Shown one piece after another: positions 46,744-56,099 of a stretch of DNA of 64,000 nucleotides. Below the pieces are notes generated by a model that ran no database searches, was not told where the DNA came from, and saw only the letters and a program-made list of their open reading frames with translations. A program made the position numbers and the translations under genes. Every line of letters begins with the position of its first letter. Position 1 is the stretch's first letter. This DNA comes from a virus, in IMG/VR virus record IMGVR_UViG_3300025695_000007, positions 1 through 64,000 of that record, one strand, 5' to 3'.

Positions 46744-49700
46744 TATGCGGCCCCGTAGGGATTTAATATACCTCCTGAGCGTTTTTGATTTTGTAGCTCT
46801 TGCTGTACTGCTCTTGCAATAACTTGTCCAAGATTTCCTGCTTGTGCAGAATCTTGTTGAGTATTTGTAGACGCATTTCCTTGATTATCAACAGATACGT
46901 TTACAGTAACATTATTTTGCTGTCCTGCACCCTGCATACTTACAGGAATTGACTTTCCGTCTGGCAAAGGAACTACAGCTTCTGTTCCATGTAACATTGC
47001 TGGGTATCCCGCGTTTGCTCCACGAGCAATACCTCCAGAAGCATATCCATTCATGTCTTTTCCGTTTGAAACTATTCCTCCATACCTTTTTGAGGGTACT
47101 CCTAAGAAGTTTCCAAAGCTGCTTCCCCCTAGTGCGCCTTCTAGTAGTCTCATCATTAACATTTTTGCTATAATATCTCCTAAGTTTTTTAGCATACTTA
47201 GAGCCATGTCTGCAAAAGCTTGTTTGGCTGATTTAGTTCCGTCTATTAAAGAAGAAAACGCAGAAGAGAGACTACTTTGAAGAGTATTACCTAATTGAAG
47301 ACCCATACTTTTAATATCGTCCATGCCATCTTCAGTAACTTTTATATTTTCAAGAGTGGCAGCTCTTCTATTGCCTAACTCTTCTAGCTCTTGTGCAATT
47401 GCTGCAATTCTTAATGAACTAATATCAGTTCCAAGCTCTAAAGTCCTGGCTTCGATTGTAGCATCTATGGTTTTTAATTCCAGTAATTTTTCTCTAAGAG
47501 CTATCTCTGACTGTGCTCTAGTAGCAAACTCTCCTGAGAGTCTAGAGGTTTGCATTCTTTCAATATTTAACTCGCGCTCCTCTGTTTTAAGGCTAGAATA
47601 TGTATTTGCTAGTGTAGTTAACTTATTCTCTAAGTCAGCTAGTCCCATTCCGGTAGCATCTTGAAACTCTTCATTTAATGCTGACGCTCCCATTCCTAGA
47701 GTGCCTACAGTATCCTCCATTGCTTTTCTTACGTCTCTGAGTTTAGCTTTTAAGTCATCTATGCCTTCTATAGAGCTAAAAGCTTCTGAAGGACTGGCCC
47801 CTACAACATCTAAAGTATTTCTAAATCCTTCAAAATTTGCAACTGCTTCTGCTCCAGACTTTTCAAGAGTTTGTACGTCTCCAATAAAAGCTGCTATTCC
47901 TAGTGGGGTAGAAAAGTCTGCATTTTGCCATTTTCGACCCAACTCTCCCATTAATCCTGGCAATTGAGATGCGTAGCCTAAAGCTTCTCGAAGCCCTGTA
48001 ATCAGAGTACTCTGTCTTTCTGGATCTGTAGTATTAAGGGCAGATATTCCAATATTCGAAAGTCCTGTAGTGCTAACAGCTCTTGCTCCTATTAAAGCAT
48101 CTTGAAAGCTTGTTGTATCTTTCAATTTTTTATAGTTTTCTATCATAGAGGCTAAAGATGAATTAAGACGATCAATATTTGTCTTTGCAGCATCAAACTT
48201 TTCATTTAAAACATCCTGGGCAAGTGCTCCTTCTTGAATGCTTTCAAGTCCTTCACCTAAATCACTCTTAGCAAACATGTCTACGAAACTTGCTGTACCT
48301 TCAGATACATCTCCTAGTACTTCAGTACCGGCTCTCATAGTAGCTATAAAATTGTCGAATTTTTCATCTACTATTGCTAATTTTTCTACATTTTCTGCAG
48401 CCGAGTTAAAATTTAAAAGCCTTAATCCAGCACCTATTTTTTCTCCTACTATTCTTATAAACCCTGTTAAGTATCCCACACTATTATCTAATAAGGTTAA
48501 TATAGCATTTTGTACAAAAGTAATTACTTTTACTATTCCTTTTCCTGGGCCTGATTGTACAAATCTATCTACAAGCCCCAATATTGAGAGTGTAATATCA
48601 TATATACTACGCTTTAGCTCCTTGAAACCTTCTATTAAGATAGTTATAGACCCAATTATTCCAAGAACTCCCAGAGCTTTATTGAGAACTTTTCCCGCAG
48701 TAGAAGCTACGTTGGACATACCTTTCATGGTAACTGCAAAGCCTTTGCCCCCTACTGCCCATACTTGCTTAATACGAAGCCAAGCCTTTTTATGCACAGA
48801 TACAAATTTCATAGACCAAGTAGAGTGACTTGCAGTCATTTTCTTTAAGGTATCTTCAAAGTTTCGAACTCTCTTTATGTTTTCTCCTGCAAAAATACCT
48901 GTTGTTATTTGTCCAGTTTTTTTGTATTGAGCTTCAGCAGCTTTAAATGCTTTTCTAAGATTGCTCTCATCCGCTTTATTTAAAGAGGTAGGATCTGAAG
49001 CTAATTTTGTTAAAATTTTTGATGAGGAGCCTCTTTGTACAAAACCTGCAGCTTGTTTTTGCCCTTTTAAACTAGCCTTTGCTTTTGATTGTTCTAAAGC
49101 TGATATCGCTTGTTTTTGAGAATCAGTTAGAGATTTTATACTTGCAGAAGCCTTCTCAGACATTCTAGTAAAACGATCTCCTAAACTATCTATTGCTTCC
49201 CCCATTTCTTCTGTCGGGATAGCTGCTTTAAATATAGAGAGTCCTAACATTCCGAAAACTGCTATGGCTGCTACTGCTGATCTATTTATAATATTTGCGA
49301 AACCTTCAAAAATAGGTAAAACAAACTGAGTTGCTTTTTTAACTATCTCATCAAAAGTAACGCTTAATTGCTCGAAGGGATTTTTAAAATCTGCGGAGTC
49401 TAGTGAACCAAACATATTGTTTATCTGTCTATTTACTTCAGCTAATACAGCCTGGCCTCTTTCATACTCTGTTAAAGATTTTGCTGCTTTATTATTAGCG
49501 GCTGCAAATCTTTTTGTAGCTGTCTCTAGTCGAAGAGTGATTCCTAGTTCGTCTAGTAATTCTGGTTCTGCTTTTGATACACCTCTTAAAAGTCTATTGA
49601 AAGTATCTTCGTAACTTCTCCCTAGTGCTGCTGAAATTTTAACGGCATCATCAGTTAATTTTGTAAGCTGGCCTGTTGTAAAGCCTTTAGCTGCACCTAT

Positions 49701-50123
49701 AGCCGCTGCTTCTGCGGCCTGTCCATAATTCAAATATCCTTGAGAAGCCTCTTGCAATGAAGTAGAGATTGAAGACAGCATAGACCCTGTACTAGCGGCG
49801 TAGGCATTTTGAGCAGATATTAAGTTCTTATAGTTTGCGGCCTGTGTAAGAAAATTAAATGCAGCGGATAGAGCAAAAACATTTGCAGCAAGAGTTGCAT
49901 ACGCAGGAACAAGCCCTCCGGTTATGCCCTGAGCCATCTTCGAAAAGTTTTTAGTACTGTTAGACGAGGCTTTAGCAGCGCCTTTTAAGCGTCTATCTGC
50001 ATTTTGAGAGCCTGCTGCGAGACCGTTGAGACTATCCGCGGCTTTTTTAGCTTTGTTTCCAACGGCTTTTAAATTACCGTCATCGTCTACTTTTACTTTT
50101 ATCTTTATCGTATTTTCAGCCAT
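46743..50123 (-). CDS. Tape measure protein
   Basis: 1126 aa, Ala-rich helical; EPELLDELGI motif; located between tail chaperones and gpM. Confidence 0.9.
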   Translation of the reverse strand: MAENTIKIKVKVDDDGNLKAVGNKAKKAADSLNGLAAGSQNADRRLKGAAKASSNSTKNFSKMAQGITGGLVPAYATLAANVFALSAAFNFLTQAANYKNLISAQNAYAASTGSMLSSISTSLQEASQGYLNYGQAAEAAAIGAAKGFTTGQLTKLTDDAVKISAALGRSYEDTFNRLLRGVSKAEPELLDELGITLRLETATKRFAAANNKAAKSLTEYERGQAVLAEVNRQINNMFGSLDSADFKNPFEQLSVTFDEIVKKATQFVLPIFEGFANIINRSAVAAIAVFGMLGLSIFKAAIPTEEMGEAIDSLGDRFTRMSEKASASIKSLTDSQKQAISALEQSKAKASLKGQKQAAGFVQRGSSSKILTKLASDPTSLNKADESNLRKAFKAAEAQYKKTGQITTGIFAGENIKRVRNFEDTLKKMTASHSTWSMKFVSVHKKAWLRIKQVWAVGGKGFAVTMKGMSNVASTAGKVLNKALGVLGIIGSITILIEGFKELKRSIYDITLSILGLVDRFVQSGPGKGIVKVITFVQNAILTLLDNSVGYLTGFIRIVGEKIGAGLRLLNFNSAAENVEKLAIVDEKFDNFIATMRAGTEVLGDVSEGTASFVDMFAKSDLGEGLESIQEGALAQDVLNEKFDAAKTNIDRLNSSLASMIENYKKLKDTTSFQDALIGARAVSTTGLSNIGISALNTTDPERQSTLITGLREALGYASQLPGLMGELGRKWQNADFSTPLGIAAFIGDVQTLEKSGAEAVANFEGFRNTLDVVGASPSEAFSSIEGIDDLKAKLRDVRKAMEDTVGTLGMGASALNEEFQDATGMGLADLENKLTTLANTYSSLKTEERELNIERMQTSRLSGEFATRAQSEIALREKLLELKTIDATIEARTLELGTDISSLRIAAIAQELEELGNRRAATLENIKVTEDGMDDIKSMGLQLGNTLQSSLSSAFSSLIDGTKSAKQAFADMALSMLKNLGDIIAKMLMMRLLEGALGGSSFGNFLGVPSKRYGGIVSNGKDMNGYASGGIARGANAGYPAMLHGTEAVVPLPDGKSIPVSMQGAGQQNNVTVNVSVDNQGNASTNTQQDSAQAGNLGQVIARAVQQELQNQKRSGGILNPYGAA

Positions 50124-50506
50124 TAGCCTTGTACATTATGGGTGTAGTTCTTACCACCGCTTTTAGCTTTACGCTCTTCTGCTTTTCGTTTTCTATCTGC
50201 TTCTTCAGATCTATATCCCATTAATATTCTTTCATACAATTTCATAAAATATAATATAACTTTTGGATCTTGTACTTCGTAAATATCAAATAATTGTGAG
50301 CAATGTGACCAGTCTTTTCCACAATAAGTGCCGGACATACCTTCCCAGACATCTGATAGTAAATTAAACATAAAAAATGCCACTTGTACCTCTGCCGGAA
50401 AATCCGACTCGGTAAGTGGCATCTTTTGGGGATCGGGTTCTTCACCCAATTGCTCGCATATCTGTAGATATTGATCTATAGATATTGGTGAAGACTGTTC
50501 TTTCAC
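50123..50506 (-). CDS. Tail assembly chaperone, downstream part (T-like; probably reached by -1 frameshift)
   Basis: YLQICEQLGEEPDP, WEGMSGTYCGKD; no SD; frame open back to the slippery site. Confidence 0.8.
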   Translation of the reverse strand: MKEQSSPISIDQYLQICEQLGEEPDPQKMPLTESDFPAEVQVAFFMFNLLSDVWEGMSGTYCGKDWSHCSQLFDIYEVQDPKVILYFMKLYERILMGYRSEEADRKRKAEERKAKSGGKNYTHNVQG

Positions 50507-50511
50507 ATAAC

Positions 50512-50557
50512 GAGCAAGTAAATCCTGAATATGGGCTACTTGCTCCCAGTAAAATTT
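50512..50557 (-). promoter_or_regulatory. Programmed -1 ribosomal frameshift signal
   Basis: A_AAT_TTT heptamer in frame, 5-nt spacer, 9-bp hairpin GAGCAAGTA/TACTTGCTC. Confidence 0.8.
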
Positions 50558-50976
50558 TCAAGATTTGAAACAGTATCTGTAATCCAAGAATCAAAACTAT
50601 TAGAATTACGCATTAGTAATTCCGCATTGTCTTGTGTAAAAGGTAGTTCATCGTCAGGATTCTGTTTCGAAATATCCACCAAAAGAAACTCTTCTAAGTA
50701 TGAAAATTTCAAGCCAGACCAACCTTTGATAACTGCACTTACATACTCTTCCAGAAACTTATCTTCATCTAAATTTTCTTCTGGCTGATGAGTACGCTTA
50801 TTAAATTTTGTGCTAACACATCTCTTTCGAAGTTTTAGTAATTCATCTCTGCCCAAGTAACAAATATCTACAGTAAATCCTTTATACCCAGGAAAGTCAA
50901 TAGATACTGTCTTGCTTGGAGTTAATAAACTCGCTAATGAAACTGGAGCGGCTTTAGAAGTTACTGAATCTGTCAT
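50536..50976 (-). CDS. Tail assembly chaperone (G-like)
   Basis: VIKGWSGL and LLMRNSNSFDSWI motifs; immediately after the major tail protein. Confidence 0.85.
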   Translation of the reverse strand: MTDSVTSKAAPVSLASLLTPSKTVSIDFPGYKGFTVDICYLGRDELLKLRKRCVSTKFNKRTHQPEENLDEDKFLEEYVSAVIKGWSGLKFSYLEEFLLVDISKQNPDDELPFTQDNAELLMRNSNSFDSWITDTVSNLENFTGSK

Positions 50977-51000
50977 TGTATATCCTTTTATTGTTTTTAT

Positions 51001-51034
51001 GAAAACAAGCGGGGGTTTTTACACCCCCACTTTT
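51001..51034 (-). terminator. Terminator-like hairpin after the major tail protein gene
   Basis: AAGTGGGGGT/ACCCCCGCTT stem followed by GTTTT. Confidence 0.65.
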
Positions 51035-51043
51035 ATTGTTATT

Positions 51044-51072
51044 AGTATAGAAGATCTCAACATAAAAGTCAA
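51044..51072 (-). promoter_or_regulatory. Sigma70-type promoter
   Basis: AAAATAGTTC-TTGACT-17nt-TATACT. Confidence 0.7.
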
Positions 51073-51094
51073 GAACTATTTTTCTATGCTAACA

Positions 51095-52216
51095 CTATGC
51101 ACCCTTGTAAGTAAGCGTAACTTCGTCTGTTAATTCAATGCTGCTTGGTAGAGCATTGAAATTCGTTTCAAGAGAAATTACATCTTCAATAGAGTGAGTA
51201 GGAATGTCTACGTGAGCAGTAGGCATTGCTAGCTCTAGTGCTGGAGCGGAAGTTCCACCAACTTTAAATGTAAGTGCAAAAGAGTTAGTAACAACATTTG
51301 AAATTGACTTAACATCTTGGAAGAAGTCAGTAGACTTATTTGTTCCAGCCGTATCTTTTAGTAGATAACAAGTAAAGCTTCCACTTACTGCTCGACCACC
51401 AGTTACGTGACCAATTGGAACATTCACTACACCTAGCTCTTCTGGAGTAATGTAAGTAATATTATTAGTAATAGTAATACTACCACCAGTAAGAGTAAGA
51501 TCGTAAGAGGCTTCTAACTCATCAACAGTATCGCCATCAGGATCCTGAGTAGTAGGTACAATTGTTAATTGTGTGAGACGGTTACGAATAAAGTTGTCTG
51601 TGGCTGTAACGTCTTCGTAGATAGTAGCAGTAGGAAGACCTGTTGCTGTATCATCCACAATTTCTGCTGCAAAGCCTGACCAATCAATCATTGCAATACC
51701 GTCAATTTCAAAGTTAAGAGTTGCTTCATTAACAACGGCATTTGTTAACTTATACACTTTCTTGTTTGCATTACCTACAACAAAGTAGATACTTGCGGTA
51801 CCTAGAGTAGACTTATTTGAGTTCGAAAAGTCAATATTTAAGTCTGTTGTATCCGCAGTAAATCCTGGGAAGGTATTGGATGCATAAGCAGCAGATCCTG
51901 CCATTAGTGCCCATAATACTTCTTCTACTGCGTGATGGTTTGCTGCTGTATCTGCAGCGCCCGCACCTGTTCCTGCTGAAACGAACGGACGTACATAAGT
52001 ACTAAAAGACCACTCTGCTGGGGCTAGAGAGTCGTTAAATGCGCGACGACCCCGCTTACTAGTGCCTGCAGAATCTTCCATCTCTGAAAGAGCGATTTCA
52101 GATACGTTTGTAGCCTGTGAAAAACTGAAACCGTCGAGTACAGGAAGTTCCCATACATTGGCTCCAATTTCCACGTAAACTTTAGTATCGCGACTAAAAT
52201 ATAATTGTTGTGCCAT
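51095..52216 (-). CDS. Major tail (tube) protein, T5 pb6-like
   Basis: LDGFSFSQ, FNDSLAPAEWSFSTYVRP, IDGIAMIDWSG, NNITYITPEELG. Confidence 0.9.
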   Translation of the reverse strand: MAQQLYFSRDTKVYVEIGANVWELPVLDGFSFSQATNVSEIALSEMEDSAGTSKRGRRAFNDSLAPAEWSFSTYVRPFVSAGTGAGAADTAANHHAVEEVLWALMAGSAAYASNTFPGFTADTTDLNIDFSNSNKSTLGTASIYFVVGNANKKVYKLTNAVVNEATLNFEIDGIAMIDWSGFAAEIVDDTATGLPTATIYEDVTATDNFIRNRLTQLTIVPTTQDPDGDTVDELEASYDLTLTGGSITITNNITYITPEELGVVNVPIGHVTGGRAVSGSFTCYLLKDTAGTNKSTDFFQDVKSISNVVTNSFALTFKVGGTSAPALELAMPTAHVDIPTHSIEDVISLETNFNALPSSIELTDEVTLTYKGA

Positions 52217-52276
52217 TACTTTCTCCTATATTCTTGAAAAGACTTGGACTTGAACCTTTGTTCTTGCCAGTATTTT

Positions 52277-52729
52277 CTAGTATCGAACCTCTATTGTCAT
52301 CTCACCGACTCCATATGGTTCAAGCACACCCTCATCAGTATCGATACTAATGATTGTGATTTGATGCGTATATTGTGCTACGCCTTTTCTATCTATATAC
52401 TGCAGTCTGGAGTTATCCTCCAATACTACTTCTACATCTTCCAATAACTTATCTAAGTCTTCTACAGAGTCTTCGGAGTTTACGTAACATCTTAAAGTTA
52501 CGCTCATAAAACGGTCTTTATAACCCCCACCTTGATACTCTCGAGTTTCTGACCCCGCATTTAAGTGTACTGCTGGAAATTCTTCTATCTCATCCCAGAA
52601 TTTTAATCTTGGATGAACATTCTCAAATAAGTTTGTAAGGTATTCTCCGTTTCCATTAATACCTTTTAATTTATCTACTAGAGCATTTACAATGGCTTGC
52701 CTTCTAGTACTATAAGTTCTTGTAGCCAT
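52277..52729 (-). CDS. Tail terminator protein (T5-like)
   Basis: FWDEIEEFPAV...GSETREY...IDTDEGVLEPYGVGE; synteny. Confidence 0.8.
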   Translation of the reverse strand: MATRTYSTRRQAIVNALVDKLKGINGNGEYLTNLFENVHPRLKFWDEIEEFPAVHLNAGSETREYQGGGYKDRFMSVTLRCYVNSEDSVEDLDKLLEDVEVVLEDNSRLQYIDRKGVAQYTHQITIISIDTDEGVLEPYGVGEMTIEVRY

Positions 52730-54087
52730 TATTGTCTCCTAGTGTATAATCTTCCGGTTACCATTTCTGCAGCTATTTCTCGTATTGATCTATCAATTAA
52801 TTTACGAGGGTCTCTATCTGTGCTTCCTTGAGCGAATCCTGGCTCGAAAGTTTGATAGGGGTACAGTTGGTAAGTATACCCTACAGAAGGAAATCCTTGA
52901 GCTGTTTTACTTACGTCTGTAATTTTAACTCCTGACGCAAATCTTCCTGTCTGATATTCTAATCCAGGAAGATCCATGTTTTTTGCTACTACTGCATTAA
53001 TTCTAGTATTTAAAGCCGCATATAGTTTTACTTGTGAAAACCCCGTGCTTTTTGGTTTTCTTGTCCTGCCTCTTGCCGGGGTTGCTTTTGAATTTTTTAC
53101 TCTTCTTTTTGAAGTCCCTGCAATTACTGTTTTAACTGGTGCAGGCGATCTCTTTGGTTTTTTTGTCTTTTTTGTAGCTGTAACATTTCTAGCTTTTGTT
53201 AATGTACTTACTACTGTATGAGCCGTTAGCTCTAGTGAGTCTTCTTTTAGAGATTTACTTCCTTTTCTGTTCCACCAGTCTTGCTTAGACGCCCACGAAG
53301 AAATAGCTTCTTCTAACTTTGGTTTAATATTCTTCCAATCATTTGGCTCACTTCCTCCAAAGTTTTTTCTATAACTGCCAATATCTACTGAAATTAAATA
53401 ATCTTCTTTAATTGATACATTTAAGTCCGAGTCTGTTTGAAACATTAAATCAAAGTCTCCAAACATATCTCTTAAAGATGTTATTTCTTCAGAGGACATA
53501 AAATCTGAAAAATACTTCGAAGTTTCTAAAAAAGCGAAAGCTTTAGTTAACTGCGCAGCTCCAATTGTAGTTCCTTTATGGTGTATTTCTATACCTGTTT
53601 TGAACTGAGCTACTTGACTAGCTTGTGCTGCTGCACTAAAATCCATTCCGGGATTTTGTTCAACAAGACTTTTTGCGTCCGTTAAAGTTTTATTAGATTG
53701 TTTTAATTTTCTATTAACATAACGAACTCCTGTTTTTTTAATAATTTCTAAAGGTACAGTAGAATTTTTATTACTTGTATAAACTACTACTCTTCCTTTT
53801 ATACTTCCTGGCGCAAAATAAGATTTAGTCTTAGGATCTTTTAAATGATTTTCTAAGTCTTTTATTGCTGCTTTTGCTGCAAAATCAAAAATTTTCCAGC
53901 CTTTTGGATCAGGTAAGTCTGGGCTCTTTTCTAGAACTCTATTATACGAATCTCTATAGGATTCTTTAATATTTTCAAGCGTAATTGTAACAATGTGTTT
54001 ATTTCTTGTAAGCTGCTTTCTGGTGCTTTTTCCATCGGCTATTCTAAAAACTTCTTTTAATAGTTTTTTTGTAAGCTGCTTTGACAT
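52729..54087 (-). CDS. Neck / tail completion protein (T5-like C-terminus, long N-terminal part)
   Basis: LEYQTGRFA, YTYQLYPYQTFE, RDPRKLIDRSIREIA. Confidence 0.7.
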   Translation of the reverse strand: MSKQLTKKLLKEVFRIADGKSTRKQLTRNKHIVTITLENIKESYRDSYNRVLEKSPDLPDPKGWKIFDFAAKAAIKDLENHLKDPKTKSYFAPGSIKGRVVVYTSNKNSTVPLEIIKKTGVRYVNRKLKQSNKTLTDAKSLVEQNPGMDFSAAAQASQVAQFKTGIEIHHKGTTIGAAQLTKAFAFLETSKYFSDFMSSEEITSLRDMFGDFDLMFQTDSDLNVSIKEDYLISVDIGSYRKNFGGSEPNDWKNIKPKLEEAISSWASKQDWWNRKGSKSLKEDSLELTAHTVVSTLTKARNVTATKKTKKPKRSPAPVKTVIAGTSKRRVKNSKATPARGRTRKPKSTGFSQVKLYAALNTRINAVVAKNMDLPGLEYQTGRFASGVKITDVSKTAQGFPSVGYTYQLYPYQTFEPGFAQGSTDRDPRKLIDRSIREIAAEMVTGRLYTRRQ

Positions 54088-54677
54088 TAGAAGTTTTTGT
54101 ATAAGTCTAGAACGCGTTTAATATGGTCAGGGAAAGCAACATTATTACGCTGACTAGTACTTGCTTGATTTTGTACTGAAGCACCTGCAAGTGTGCGGCG
54201 CTCTTTGTGCTCATCTTTGATATAGTAAGTAATCAAATCAATAACTGCAAGCTGTAAATCTGCAGGAACAGTTTCATACCCCGCAGTGTAGACTACTCTT
54301 ACCGCTCCAGGGCCTTTTGCCCAGTTACGATAATTTCTACCTCCAGTAGTTCTCATCACAGTATCAGTAGAACTATCGAAGTAATACTCATATGAAGCCT
54401 CTGTAAGCGTTACATAACTGTCTTGGTAAGAGTCTCTTTCTTCGACAGACACAATCGTGTTTACAGGACTTTCAGTAAGCTGTATTATGTGAGTATCCCA
54501 ATTAATATTAATAACTTCTGTTTTATTAGTAGAGTAGTAGTCTACAATACTGTTACCGCAGTAAGTTTTTATTAATTGACTCACAGATGGAATCAAAGCC
54601 TCAATACGCAAGTCTTCTTTCGGAGACTGAATACCTTCAGCTTCTTTGTATTCTTCTAGTGTAATTAAGTTTGCCAT
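54087..54677 (-). CDS. Head completion / head-tail adaptor protein
   Basis: MANLITLEEYK, VSQLIKTYC, VVYTAGY..VPADLQLA, FPDHIKRVLDLY; start moved to ATG 54677. Confidence 0.82.
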   Translation of the reverse strand: MANLITLEEYKEAEGIQSPKEDLRIEALIPSVSQLIKTYCGNSIVDYYSTNKTEVININWDTHIIQLTESPVNTIVSVEERDSYQDSYVTLTEASYEYYFDSSTDTVMRTTGGRNYRNWAKGPGAVRVVYTAGYETVPADLQLAVIDLITYYIKDEHKERRTLAGASVQNQASTSQRNNVAFPDHIKRVLDLYKNF

Positions 54678-54689
54678 ATAAGTCAATTA

Positions 54690-54724
54690 ATAAAAACTTG
54701 GGGGAGCGAACTCCCCCTCGTTTT
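54690..54724 (-). terminator. Rho-independent terminator after the major capsid gene
   Basis: GGGGGAG-TTCG-CTCCCCC followed by AAGTTTTT. Confidence 0.85.
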
Positions 54725-54734
54725 CTGGTTCAGA

Positions 54735-56099
54735 TTAAACTGCGAGGTCGATCTTAACAGCTGAACGGTTACCTGCTGTATCTGCAACCAACTCTTCAAA
54801 GCCGAGTGATTGAGTAGCAACGATAACACGACGCTGGTTACCAACTTCGTAGTCTTGCTCAACGCTAACGCCACGGAGACGTGGGATTGCGTAGTTACGA
54901 GTGTTAACGGCAAATGCAACTGGAACACCGTCTGCCTCTGAGCCGAAGCTGTCAGAAACGATAACAGGTGAGCCATAAACAGCACCGATTGCACCAGTGA
55001 TCTTAGTAGCGATATCAGAACCTACGTCTGTGATATCTGCAAAACCGGCATCTTCGATAAGCTCGAAGTAACGAGCCTGGCTAACGATGTAGGCAACATC
55101 CATAGGATTGATACCATACTTACCCATGTCCTTACGACATGCAAGTAGTTTAGCCGCAGTAAGAGCCTCAGAACCCCCAATGCTAAGAGTATCAGCATTT
55201 GCAGTAGCATAACCGTCAAGGCCAGTAATTGAACCAGAACCGTTAACAATTGCATTATCAACAGCACGTGCGTGTGCACGAGCAACTGACTCAACGAGCA
55301 TAGGCATCAAGTTAATGAGGACTTCTTCGTCAATGTGGTTATCCATGTAAGTCTGTGAGATCAGACGATAAGCATTCAGAATTACTTGTGAAGGCTTATA
55401 GCTGTTGTCTGAATCACCACGGTTTTCCAAGTTACCAGCAGCAGCTGCACCAGTTTGGAAAGTTGCAGGCTCTACGTCAGGCTGGATTGGAAGTACAGTA
55501 GCTGCACCATTTACAGGGATTTCGCGGAAAAGACCAGCAGTTCGGAGGTTAAGAGTAACTTCCTTCTCGATTTGACGAGAAACTTCTTGGTCAATATCAG
55601 CAGCAGTTGCAGCATATGCAATACCTGCTTTTTCTTGAATGTTACGAGCAAAGTTAGTATCCCAACCTTTGCCAGTCATAACACCTAGAAGGTGAGCGTG
55701 CATGAAGTCTTTGCCCCACTTAGTGAGGTCGCCTTGTGCGCCACGATCAGAGAAAGTACGCTTTGAATCGCGCATTTTCGCCATCTCTTCGCTCTTCTCT
55801 TCAAGCTCTTTCTTGAAAGAAGCGAGAACTTCGTTGTAGCTTGCATCTTTCTCAGCGAGTTTCGCTTCGAGGTCTTCTTGTAGACGCTCTGCACCAGTCT
55901 CAACAGCAGTAACTACCGCTGATTTAACTTGCTCTTCTTGAGCTGCTTTGGCTTCTGCCTCTGCTGCTGCTTTTTCTTGCTCAGCTTTTTCAGCTGCTTT
56001 TTGCTCGGCTTGCTTCATTGCAATATTAGCAGCAGTTTGCTCCGCTACTTTTTTAGCAAAAGCTTCCAAGTCGATTTCTGGAGTATTAACTTCAGACAT
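54735..56099 (-). CDS. Major capsid protein precursor from an internal in-frame start (454 aa)
   Basis: AGGAG SD 6 nt before ATG (MSEVNTPEID); length similar to T5 pb8 precursor. Confidence 0.75.
   Translation of the reverse strand: MSEVNTPEIDLEAFAKKVAEQTAANIAMKQAEQKAAEKAEQEKAAAEAEAKAAQEEQVKSAVVTAVETGAERLQEDLEAKLAEKDASYNEVLASFKKELEEKSEEMAKMRDSKRTFSDRGAQGDLTKWGKDFMHAHLLGVMTGKGWDTNFARNIQEKAGIAYAATAADIDQEVSRQIEKEVTLNLRTAGLFREIPVNGAATVLPIQPDVEPATFQTGAAAAGNLENRGDSDNSYKPSQVILNAYRLISQTYMDNHIDEEVLINLMPMLVESVARAHARAVDNAIVNGSGSITGLDGYATANADTLSIGGSEALTAAKLLACRKDMGKYGINPMDVAYIVSQARYFELIEDAGFADITDVGSDIATKITGAIGAVYGSPVIVSDSFGSEADGVPVAFAVNTRNYAIPRLRGVSVEQDYEVGNQRRVIVATQSLGFEELVADTAGNRSAVKIDLAV

Noticed and set aside
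52240-52262. tRNA suggested by GGTTCAAGTCC on the minus strand
   Set aside because: Only a 2-bp T-stem; no acceptor, D or anticodon arms, and the gap is only 60 nt.
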